The notes below the pieces were generated by a model that had not been told where the DNA came from, searched no databases, and saw nothing but the letters and a program-made list of their open reading frames with translations. Below are positions 1-8,607 of a DNA stretch of 64,000 bases, in pieces. The position numbers and the translations under genes were made by a program. The stretch's first letter is position 1. Each line of letters begins with the position of its first letter. The DNA comes from Thermoplasmata archaeon (GTDB lineage Archaea; Thermoplasmatota; Thermoplasmata; Lutacidiplasmatales; UBA184): assembly GCA_021806135.1 (NCBI GenBank), contig JAJZYB010000002.1, forward strand, positions 18,393 to 82,392. Reading direction: 5' to 3'.

Positions 1-78
1 GCTCATCCGCAATGGCCTCATCCCTCCCATGCCACCGGATCCGATGGGGAACCCTTCCGGGGAGATGGAGGAGGAAAC

Positions 79-615
79 GTGACGGAAGACGCAGAGCGGT
101 CCGAAGGGGCCGGCGAGGGGGAGACCCCGCCGGTGCACGGCGTCCGGGTCCGGCCGGCGACGACCCAAGACCTCCCGGTGATGGCCGGTCTCCTGGTCCG
201 GCTCAAGCGGCTCAACGAGGAGTTCGATCCGCTGTTGAAGGTGCGGGAGGATGCCGAGGAGAAGGCCGAGAAGGTCCTCACGGCGGACCTGGGGCAGGTC
301 CAGGCACTCCTGCTGGTGGCGGAGGGCACCGGGCCGGACGAGGGCAAGGTGGTGGGGGTCTCCCGGGCGTTGGTCCGGGAGAGGCCCTTCTATCTGCCGG
401 AACGGGAGGGCGTCATCCAGGACATCTACCTGCTCCCGGCGTACCGCCGGCGTCGGGTGGGGGAGTATCTCCTCTCCGAGACGGTGCGCCAGTTGAAGGC
501 CAAGGGCGCCTCCTTGGTGACCGCGGAGTTCCCGGCCCAGAACCAGATCGCCACGCGGTTCTACGCCAAGCGGGGGTTCCGGCCCATCGTGGCCACCCAC
601 GCCAAGCGGCTCTGA
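79..615 (+). CDS. GNAT family N-acetyltransferase
   Basis: 178-aa ORF with a GTG start preceded by a ggaggagg purine run. Motif-A-like region 'IQDIYLLPAYRRRRVGEYLL' and C-terminal 'RFYAKRGF' are typical of the GNAT fold. Confidence 0.8.
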   Translation: MTEDAERSEGAGEGETPPVHGVRVRPATTQDLPVMAGLLVRLKRLNEEFDPLLKVREDAEEKAEKVLTADLGQVQALLLVAEGTGPDEGKVVGVSRALVRERPFYLPEREGVIQDIYLLPAYRRRRVGEYLLSETVRQLKAKGASLVTAEFPAQNQIATRFYAKRGFRPIVATHAKRL

Positions 616-775
616 CCCGGGGGAAGGAGCCCTCCCCCCCTCGAACCCGCAGGCAAGGTCCGGGGGGGAGAACCCCGTGCGGGCCGGAGGCCCCCGGGGT
701 AGCGCGTGGTCTCGATCCCCGGGGAGCCGTCCTGCCGTCTCTCTCCCCTGCGAGCCTTCCCGGGAGAACGGAGGA

Positions 776-3363
776 TCAGGGCGGTCCGCGCCGGGCGCTT
801 CGTAGGCCCTCGCCCGGCGCCGAGCGGCCGCTCCGGCCCGGTATCGGGTTGAGACGGGGTCGGACGAGCTCCACCCAAACGGTGGTTCCCACCCCCACCG
901 CCGCGGCGAGCCCCAACGGGGCGGGCGCCAGGGGAACGAACTGGAAGAGCTGGGAGATCGGGGGGAAGTAGAGGGAGGCTCCGAGGATCATCATGGCCAG
1001 GACGAGCACCCCCCCGAGGATGCGGTTCGGGATCCGGAGGGAGCTCGGGAATCCCACCGTGGTCGAGCGGTTCAAGAGGATGAGGAAGAGGTTGGCCACC
1101 ACGAGCGTGGTGAAGGCCTCGCTCCGGCTGGTGGGGACCCCGAGCCCGGCATGGAGGCCGAGGGCGTAGACGGCGAAGGTGCCGGCGAGCGCTGCGCTCC
1201 CCTGGAGGAGGCTGAAGGCGAGGGCCCCCTTCCTCACCAGCGGCTCCCGGGGGTCCCGGGGAGGACGACGCATGACCCCGGGCTCCTCCGGCTCGGCCTC
1301 GAAGGCGAGGGCCGAGGTGGGATCAATGATGAACTGCAGGAAGACGATCTCCACCGGGAAGAGCAGGACCGGCAAGCCGAAGGACACGGGAAGGAACGCC
1401 ATGCCGGCGATGGCCACGTGGACGGCCAGAAGGTAACCGATGGCCTTCTGGATGTTGCCGTAGATGCGCCGTCCGGTCCGGACGGTCTCCACGATGGTTG
1501 GGAACGCGTCGTCCAACAGGACGAGGGAGGCGGCCTCCCGGGCCACCTCGGTGCCCCGCTCGCCCATGGCGATGCCGATGTCGGCCGCCTTGAGGGCGGG
1601 AGCGTCGTTGACCCCATCGCCGGTCATGGCCACCACGTCCCCCTCCTCCCGGAGCGCCTGGACGAGCCGTAGCTTCTGATCCGGACGGAACCGGGCATAG
1701 ACCTCCACCCGGCGGACCTCGCGTCGAAGGGCCTCCGGATCGAGATGGTCCGCCTCCGGACCGGTCAGGATACGGTCGGGGTGGGCCAGGCCAGCGAGGG
1801 TGGCGACGCTCCGGGCCGTTTGGGGGTGGTCCCCGGTCACCAGGAGGACCCGGATGCCGGCCTCCCGGCACTCCCGGATGGCCGCGGGCACGTCGGGGCG
1901 AAGCGGGTCCACGAAGCCCAGGAATCCTCGGAAGGAGAGCGGGAGGGAGCCGACGTCGGAAGGAGGCTCCGTCAAGGGCAGTTCCGTCTCGGCCACCCCG
2001 AGGACCCGCAGCCCTCGGCTCGCCATCTCGTCGGCCACTTCGGCCCATCGCGCCCGATCCTCGGCGGGGAGGGAACATCGTTCGAGGATGGCCTCCGGGG
2101 CGCCCTTGGCGGCCGCGGTGAGTTTCCCCGTGTCCTGGCGCCAAACGTACACGGTGATCATGGAGCGTTGGTTGAAAGGGAAGCGCCGGGCCAGCTCCAG
2201 TGGCCGGGAGGGCTCCTTCCCCACCGCCGCCTCCTTGGCCGTGAGGATGGCCAGTTCCATCGGGTCATGGGAGGCAGGCCCCGAGGCCCGGGAGGCGGAG
2301 AGGAGCAGGGCCTGGACATCGGTCGGCCCTCCCGGGGTCAGCGCCCCTCCCGGGAGCGCCTGACCGGCCGGAAGCACCTCCGCCACGGTCATCCGGTTGA
2401 GGGTGAGCGTTCCGGTCTTGTCCGTGCACAGGACCGTCACGGCCCCCAGGGTGGGGATGGCCGAGAGCCGTCGGGCCAGGGCATGATGTTCGGCCAGCCG
2501 GCGAGCTCCCAGGGCGGTGTAGACCGTGAGGACGATGGGGATCTCCTCGGGGAGCAAGGCGATCGCCACAGCGATCCCGGCGAGCAGTCCCGGGATCCAG
2601 GCGCCGCTGGTGAGCCCGACCAGCACAGCGACCAGGACGCTCAGCACCCCGGCGGCGGCACTGATGGCGAGCACCAGGGCCCGGGTCTGCCGCTGGAGGA
2701 GGGGGACCTCCCGCGAGATCGTTCCCAGGGCTCCGGCGATGTGACCGACCTCCGTGCGAGTCCCCGTGGCGTGGACCCGGGCCGTCCCCTCTCCGGAGAC
2801 CACCAGCGTCTGCGCGTAGAGGAACCCTTTCGCTCCCTTGCCCGGGCCAGACCAGGTGGCCCCCTCGTCTGCCGGTCCCTTGGGGATGGGAACGGCCTCC
2901 CCGGTCAAGAGGGACTCATCGACGAGCAAGCCCTCGCTCTCGAGGACGACCACGTCCGCCGGGACCCGGTTCCCCTCGTGCAAGCGGATCCGGTCCCCGG
3001 GACCAGGTCCCGGGCCGGGAGAAGGCGTTCCGTCCCGTCCCGGACCACCTGGACCTCGGGTTGCGAGAGGGCCCGCAGAGCGGCCAGGGCGTTCTCGGTC
3101 TGGGCCCCCTGGTAGAAGTCGAGACCGATGATGACCACCAGGAAGACGAGGATCAGGATCGAGTCCCGGGGCTCTCCAAAGAGCAGATAGAGGATCCCCG
3201 CCCCGAGGAGCAGGAGGACGATCGGCTCCCGCACGGTCTCCACCAGGAGCCGGAGCTTGACGCCTCCCGGACGGGGGGACAGTTCGTTGGGGCCCAGCTC
3301 CGCCAGTCGCCGTTCGGCCTCCGCCGAGGTCAGCCCGTTCTGTGGGACCGGCATGGCCTGCAT
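776..3363 (-). CDS. P-type cation-transporting ATPase (type II-like), frame broken by a 1-nt deletion at ~2995-3001
   Basis: The N-terminus 'MQAMPVPQNGLTSAEAERRLAELGPNEL...VVRDGTERLLPARDLVPG' lies in ORF 2905..3522. The rest lies in ORF 776..3730 and carries 'DRIRLHEGNRVPADVVVLESEG', 'CTDKTGTLTLN' (phosphorylation site) and 'MTGDGVNDAPALKAADIGIAMG'. ATG at 3363. Confidence 0.85.
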
Positions 3364-3537
3364 CCCCGGTTCGGGAGCCCCTGGGCCGGCCTCCCCGGGA
3401 TGGGGCGGAGGGGGCCTGAGGCACAAGAGCTTGACCGGAGGACACGGCCGGTGGGGAGGTCCAGAGACGGTGGGAGAGATCGGTCCGGTCCCTCGCCGGG
3501 GCCGAACCCACCGGCGGGCCACAACGGGGGACCCGTC

Positions 3538-4251
3538 TCACACCGGCCCCGGTGGGTCCAGGCGCTCCAGAACGGCCCGAAGGTCGTCCAAGGTTCGGAC
3601 CGTGAAGAGTCCGGGCACCTCGGGCAGGTCCTCTCGGTTGACCCAGACGACCCCCATTCCGACCTGCCGCGCGCCGGCCACGTCCATGTTCAGGGAGTCC
3701 CCGACATGGACCGCGGCGCTGGGGGAGCAACCGGCGCGATCCAGGGCCAGAGTGAACACCGCCGGGTCGGGCTTCTCCGTTCCCGCCTCTTGCGAGTAGG
3801 TGACGGTCTCGAAGAACCGTTCGAGGGCGTGATGTCGGAGCACCTTTCGAAGCCCGTCGTGATGGTTCGAGATCACGCCCAGCCGGTACCCCCGCGCGCG
3901 CAGGTCGGCAAGGACCCTTCGGGTCTCCGGATAGAGCTCCACGCGGGAGGGATCATCGAAGATGCTCTGGAGGGCATGCTCGATCTCGGCCCGGCGCTCC
4001 CGGATCCCCAGTTGGTCCATCACCCGGGCGTCGTAGAGGTGCCAGAATGCGTCCGTCCGTCCCAGGAAGTCGTAGATCCGCCTTCCCTGCTCCCGTCCCA
4101 CCGCATCGAGCGCGTCTTGGATGGACCTGTCCGGCACCTCGACCCCGAACTCCTGGCAGATCCGGGCCCAGACACGCCCCGGCCGATCCAGGGGCGGCGG
4201 CACCCGTGCCAGGGTGCCCCCGAAGTCGAAGAAGACGTGAGGGCGGCGCAT
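3538..4251 (-). CDS. HAD-superfamily hydrolase (subfamily IA-like)
   Basis: 237-aa ORF with motif I 'FFDFGGTL', 'GVISNH', 'EKPDPAVF' and 'HVGDSLNMDVAGA'. Confidence 0.85.
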   Translation of the reverse strand: MRRPHVFFDFGGTLARVPPPLDRPGRVWARICQEFGVEVPDRSIQDALDAVGREQGRRIYDFLGRTDAFWHLYDARVMDQLGIRERRAEIEHALQSIFDDPSRVELYPETRRVLADLRARGYRLGVISNHHDGLRKVLRHHALERFFETVTYSQEAGTEKPDPAVFTLALDRAGCSPSAAVHVGDSLNMDVAGARQVGMGVVWVNREDLPEVPGLFTVRTLDDLRAVLERLDPPGPV

Positions 4252-4344
4252 GTCGACCGAAAGGGAGGAGCGGGGGAGGGCCTAAATGGACGCTCGGGGC
4301 CCCGCGGGGGGCCGGAGGCCCGGAGACGACGGTGGGTCGGGGGA

Positions 4345-7300
4345 TCAGCCGCGGGAGGGGTCCTCCGGAGCAGGGGTGGGAGGGGAGCGCCGCCGGATCC
4401 ACCGGGGCCCCCACCAGGCCCGCTCCCCGGTGGACCTCAGCAGCGCCGGCACCAGGTAGGTCCTCACCACCATGGCGTCCAGGAGCACGGCAAGGCCCAC
4501 CGCGAACCCCAGCACCCGCAGGAGCACCACGTGGGCGAGGGTGAGCGAGAAGAAGGCTCCCGCCAGGATCATGCCGGCGGCGGTGATGATGCCCCCCGTG
4601 TGGGTGACGGCCTCCACCACGCTCTCTGTGGTGGGTCCGGTCCGGAGCCGCTCCTCCCGGACCCGGGTCAACAGGAAGATGTTGTAGTCCATCCCCAGCC
4701 CCATGATGAGCAGGAAGAGGACCGGGGGGATGTAGAAGAACAGGCTCAACCCGAAGCCGTTCACCGTGATCAGGGCGGTGAGGGCCCACGCCCAGGCCAC
4801 GGAGACCCCGATGGTGATCAGAGCGAGCGGCGGGAGCAGGGCGGACCCCAAGGCGACGAAGAGGAAGATGAGCAACCCCACCACGATGGCCAGGAACATG
4901 AGCTGCGTACTCTGGCTGAGCTGGTCCTTGAGGTCCTCGGTGACCGCCGGGGCCCCTCCGTAGTGGATCGCCGCGAGGTCCGGGTGGGCCGCGGCATAGG
5001 CCGTCAGGTCGCTCCGCACGGTGCCCAGGGTCTGGACGGCGGCTGTGGACTGCCCGCTCTCGGTCAGGTAGACCGTGAAGAGGACCGTCCTGCCGTCGGT
5101 CCCCACGAACTCTGCGAGCGTGGACGATAGACCGGCCCGGACGGCGGGCGGCAGGGCGGGAAGGCTGAGCCAGGTGGACAGGGAGGCCCCTCCCGGGCCG
5201 AAGAGCGAGCCTATCCGGGCCACCCCGTTCGTGGTCGTCAGGCGGGCATTCACCGCCGAGAGCTCCGAGAGCTCGGTGGCGTTGGGGGATCCGCCGGGCG
5301 GGAACGGCGGTGCGGCCAGGGTCACCAGGACGGTCATGGGGAAGACATACCCCGGACCGAAGGCATGCGAGATCACGGTGAGCCCCTGGGCCGCGGGGGC
5401 GCTCGAGGGCAGCTGGTCGAAGTAGCTGTAGTCGGAGGGCGCCGTGAGCGCAACGTAGACGAGAGGCAGGGAGAGCAGGGCCACCACCCCCACCACCACC
5501 CCGGGGTGCCGGGTGGAGAACGTGCTGGCCTGGTGGAAGTAGCCCTGGCCTTGCGCGAACCGACGGTTCCGCTCCTTGGCATAGCGCCGGAAGCGCTCCC
5601 CGGTGTAGGGCCAGAAGACCCGGGGCCCCAGGAGGGTGAGCACGGCCGGGACCAGGGTGACCGCCACGAGGACAGCGATGGCCACCCCCATGGACAGGAC
5701 CTTTCCCCAGTCGGAGATGAGGCTCGTCCCCGAGAGGGCCATGGCGAGGGTGGCCAGGACCACCGCCACCCCGCTGGTGGCCACGCTCTCCCCCGCCCAG
5801 CCGACGGCGGTGACCACCGCGTCCGGAGAGGAGGCCCCCCGGACGAGCTCCTCCTTGTACCGGGCGGTGAGGAAGACCGAGTAGTCGGTACCGACCCCCA
5901 GGACGAAGGTGAGGAGCAACGTCACGCTGGTCTGGGTGAAGGGCCCCAGCACCAGGGAGAGCAGGACCATGGCTCCCAGGCCGAGGGCGAGCGCCATCCC
6001 GATGGTGGTCAGGATGACCACCGGGGCGAGCGCGGAGCGGAAGTAGATCACGATGATGCCCAGGAGGAGGAGCAGCGTGACGGGCAGGATGGTGGCCGTG
6101 TCCTGGTTGATGAGGTTGGTCTCGCTGACGACCAAGGCAGCATCCCCGGTCTGGTAGTAGGTCAGCGAGTGGGAGGGGTCGGCCCGGTCCAGGGTCTGGG
6201 GGACGAGGGTGGCCAGGGTGGCGATGTCCGAGGCGACGGGGGCGCTGCTGTCGCTCCGGGAATAGCTCACGGAGAGGAGGGTGACGTTGTTCCCGGGGCC
6301 CAGGAAGTTCGCCCGGAGGGCCGGAGGGACCGGGAGGGGGTAGGTCCAGATGGTCCCCGTGGACACGATCATGCCGGCCCAGCTCTCCAGGGTGGCCGGG
6401 GGCTCGATCAGCCCAGGGAACTCGGTCCAGAGTTCGTCCAGCCAGCCCCCGGGGAGCCCGGCCTCCCCTCCGACCCAGAAGGAGGTGGCGCGTTGGACGG
6501 CGGGCCACGCGCTGAAGTTGAGCAGCCCGAGGTGATCGAGGACGGCGGAGCCGAGCAGGGTGGCCCGTTCCTGCGCATGGACGGTGAGGACCACCCCGGT
6601 CGAGCAGGCCACCACCGCGTTGGGCTGGGAGGCGCAGTCCGCGGTCCCGTTGAACCCGTTCCCGGGGCTCGTCGTCCCGTTGTAGAACTCCGAGAGGTTC
6701 TCCAGCGCGAGAGCGTTCCCGGTGTAGTCCCGGGCGGTCATCTGATAGGCCGGGTAGTTCCACTGGCTCGCCCCGGAGCTCGTGTTCCCGGCCAGCGCCT
6801 CCCAGGTGGAGGTGTAGGTGTAGGCCACCCCCCAGAGGAGAGCCGCGGTCTGGTTCACCGCGAGGAGCGGGGAGGGGCTGGTCCCGAGCGCCTCGGAGAG
6901 GGTGCTCAGCCCCAACGCGCCCTGTCCAGCCAGGTAGGCCTGGTAGACGGTGTAGAGGGAAGAGACCCCCTCAAGCGCCTGGAGAGCAGGGTCGGAGAGG
7001 ATCGCGGTGGCGAGCTCCACGGTGGCGTTCCGTCCCACCGGCCCGGTGACGTTGTTCCCCGTTAGGACGATCAGGCTGGAGGAATCCGCGGTGAGGTTCG
7101 GGAAGACCCGCGCAAAGAGGGCCTGCGCCTGCTGGCTGGGGCTGGAGGACGGGAGATTGACGGTGGAGGGGCTGGTGGCCCCGGAGATGTGGGAGAGCAG
7201 CGGGAGGGCGAGGAGGAGCAGGACCACCCAGAGGAGGATCACCCACCGGGGATGGGCGACGATCCGTCGACCGAGCCGGTGAAAGGTGCGCTCCGGGGAA

Positions 7301-7458
7301 GGGACCCGGGAGAGGGATGGGGTTCCCTCCAACGAGTTCGTGCTCCCACCCATGGTACCAGGAAGGTCTCCCGGGGGGCCGGGAGAGGGGGAGAGGGCCC
7401 GGGTCCCTTCAAGAGCCTTACCCGCGGAACGACGTTCCAGTGGGACCCTCGAGCCCAT
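4345..7458 (-). CDS. MMPL/RND-superfamily membrane transporter
   Basis: 1037-aa ORF with two transmembrane bundles, each carrying the duplicated motif 'GVGTDYSVFLTARYKEEL' / 'GLGMDYNIFLLTRVREERL'. It also has large S/T/N-rich extracytoplasmic loops. The start could instead be the internal Met at 7353. Confidence 0.85.
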   Translation of the reverse strand: MGSRVPLERRSAGKALEGTRALSPSPGPPGDLPGTMGGSTNSLEGTPSLSRVPSPERTFHRLGRRIVAHPRWVILLWVVLLLLALPLLSHISGATSPSTVNLPSSSPSQQAQALFARVFPNLTADSSSLIVLTGNNVTGPVGRNATVELATAILSDPALQALEGVSSLYTVYQAYLAGQGALGLSTLSEALGTSPSPLLAVNQTAALLWGVAYTYTSTWEALAGNTSSGASQWNYPAYQMTARDYTGNALALENLSEFYNGTTSPGNGFNGTADCASQPNAVVACSTGVVLTVHAQERATLLGSAVLDHLGLLNFSAWPAVQRATSFWVGGEAGLPGGWLDELWTEFPGLIEPPATLESWAGMIVSTGTIWTYPLPVPPALRANFLGPGNNVTLLSVSYSRSDSSAPVASDIATLATLVPQTLDRADPSHSLTYYQTGDAALVVSETNLINQDTATILPVTLLLLLGIIVIYFRSALAPVVILTTIGMALALGLGAMVLLSLVLGPFTQTSVTLLLTFVLGVGTDYSVFLTARYKEELVRGASSPDAVVTAVGWAGESVATSGVAVVLATLAMALSGTSLISDWGKVLSMGVAIAVLVAVTLVPAVLTLLGPRVFWPYTGERFRRYAKERNRRFAQGQGYFHQASTFSTRHPGVVVGVVALLSLPLVYVALTAPSDYSYFDQLPSSAPAAQGLTVISHAFGPGYVFPMTVLVTLAAPPFPPGGSPNATELSELSAVNARLTTTNGVARIGSLFGPGGASLSTWLSLPALPPAVRAGLSSTLAEFVGTDGRTVLFTVYLTESGQSTAAVQTLGTVRSDLTAYAAAHPDLAAIHYGGAPAVTEDLKDQLSQSTQLMFLAIVVGLLIFLFVALGSALLPPLALITIGVSVAWAWALTALITVNGFGLSLFFYIPPVLFLLIMGLGMDYNIFLLTRVREERLRTGPTTESVVEAVTHTGGIITAAGMILAGAFFSLTLAHVVLLRVLGFAVGLAVLLDAMVVRTYLVPALLRSTGERAWWGPRWIRRRSPPTPAPEDPSRG

Positions 7459-7491
7459 ATACCAGGAGGTGGCTCGAAATCAGCAACGACC

Positions 7492-8085
7492 GTGCCGGCA
7501 GACCTCTGTCCCGCCTGTGGTGTCAGCCTTCCCCGCGATCTCATGCCCACCCACTTAGCCCGGGCCCACCCGGACCGGCGAGGACCCCCTCCCCGGGAAG
7601 AACCGGCCCCCTCCCCTCCTCCCACGGAGGCATACGAGGGGGATGTCGAACCTCTGCTGATGGGGGAGGCGGCCCTCGCGGAGGAGCCAGACTCCCCGTT
7701 GGAGGCCATCGAGGAGACCCCCGAAACAGCCCCTCCCAGCGCCCGGGCCACCTCATCCGGCCCCGAGGGATCTCCGGGGACTCCTCCCGATCCGGGGACG
7801 GAGGCGGGACCTCCCGGTGCCGGCGCTCCCGATCCGGACCCTTTCCCCGCGTCGTTGCCGTCGGTCAACGATGGGACCTCCGAAGGGAACCCACCGGTCG
7901 TGGAGGGCGAGGAGACCCCACCGGGGCGAGACACTCCCGTCCCGAGCCGGAAGGCGCTGCGGACCGCCTTCCACCGTCGTCAACAACAGACGAACCGTTC
8001 CCTGGCGCAGGCGGAGGCCCTCCTGGTGGGGTTTCCTGGGGGAACGCCTCGACGCGCCCAGCGCCGGATGGCCACCAGACGGTAA
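7492..8085 (+). CDS. hypothetical protein: C2H2-like zinc-finger motif plus acidic/proline-rich disordered region and basic C-terminus
   Basis: This is the only non-overlapping part of ORF 7189..8085, with an in-frame GTG at 7492. It carries 'CPACGVSLPRDLMPTHLARAH' (C-x2-C-x11-H-x4-H by hand count). No family was recognised and the composition is low-complexity. Confidence 0.35.
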   Translation: MPADLCPACGVSLPRDLMPTHLARAHPDRRGPPPREEPAPSPPPTEAYEGDVEPLLMGEAALAEEPDSPLEAIEETPETAPPSARATSSGPEGSPGTPPDPGTEAGPPGAGAPDPDPFPASLPSVNDGTSEGNPPVVEGEETPPGRDTPVPSRKALRTAFHRRQQQTNRSLAQAEALLVGFPGGTPRRAQRRMATRR

Positions 8086-8550
8086 CACTCCCCGCCAGAC
8101 GGGGTGGAAGTGACCGGTGGTGCGTGGGGTCAGGGGTCCTGACGACAAGAGGTACCGGAGAAAGGGTGTCGGAAACGGGTCGAGGGGAGACGTTTCCCCC
8201 TCCCCGGCGCCCCTCCCTGGAGGCCGTCCGACACCTTGGAAAGGCCGCTTGGCTCTGAGAGGCTCCCCATGGACCGTCTCCTTCCCGATCCGTCACTTCG
8301 GGGATTGAGCCTACTGACCCTGCTGAAGCTCCCACCCCCCATGGAAGGCGACCTGTCTGGCGGATCCCTGGTCGCCTTCCCGATGCGCCGCGTCCCGGCC
8401 AGGGGCGAAGAGGAGGAACGCATGGAAACTGTCACCAGAGGGTCCGTGAGGGGCGGGGGCGTCCCTCTCGGGCTCTGGGCCTTCCCCGTCAAGAGGGGAT
8501 AGGCCCAAGCGGCCGCGGCCGTCACGCCTGCGACCTCCAGGGAAGTCCTC

Positions 8551-8598
8551 GTAGGAAAAGGTAGGAAAGGGTTGGGAGGGAGGGGGGGCCCCTCCCTC
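8551..8598 (-). terminator. stem-loop plus T-tracts downstream of the giant peptidase gene
   Basis: Perfect 10-bp inverted repeat gagggagggg(8576-8585)/cccctccctc(8589-8598), 10 nt past the stop at 8608-8610. On the minus strand it is followed by ...ccctttcctaccttttcc. Confidence 0.4.
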
Positions 8599-8607
8599 GG
8601 TTCCGGC

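Noticed and set aside
12-971. Long ORFs in alternative or antisense frames throughout the window. Examples: 12..971, 3061..5130, 3953..6763, 5365..7065, 30201..33224, 34764..37766, 48520..50676, 48657..50921, 53935..57330, 55758..56285.
   Set aside because: Their translations are monotonously R/P/G/A-rich with no motifs. Each overlaps a gene with clear family signatures in another frame. This is the expected shadow-ORF behaviour of very G+C-rich DNA.
2995-3001. Programmed ribosomal frameshifting at the ATPase and Mo-subunit breaks.
   Set aside because: There is no slippery heptamer or downstream structure characteristic of programmed shifts. Both sites are simple G/C homopolymers where a single missing base restores the frame.
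8086-8607. SRP (7S) RNA in the long convergent gap.
   Set aside because: I looked on both strands for the helix-8 'CCGGAAGG.AGCAGC'-type motif and the 5' Alu-domain pattern. I found only 'TCGGGAAGGCGAC' repeats, which do not form the GGAA-tetraloop hairpin.
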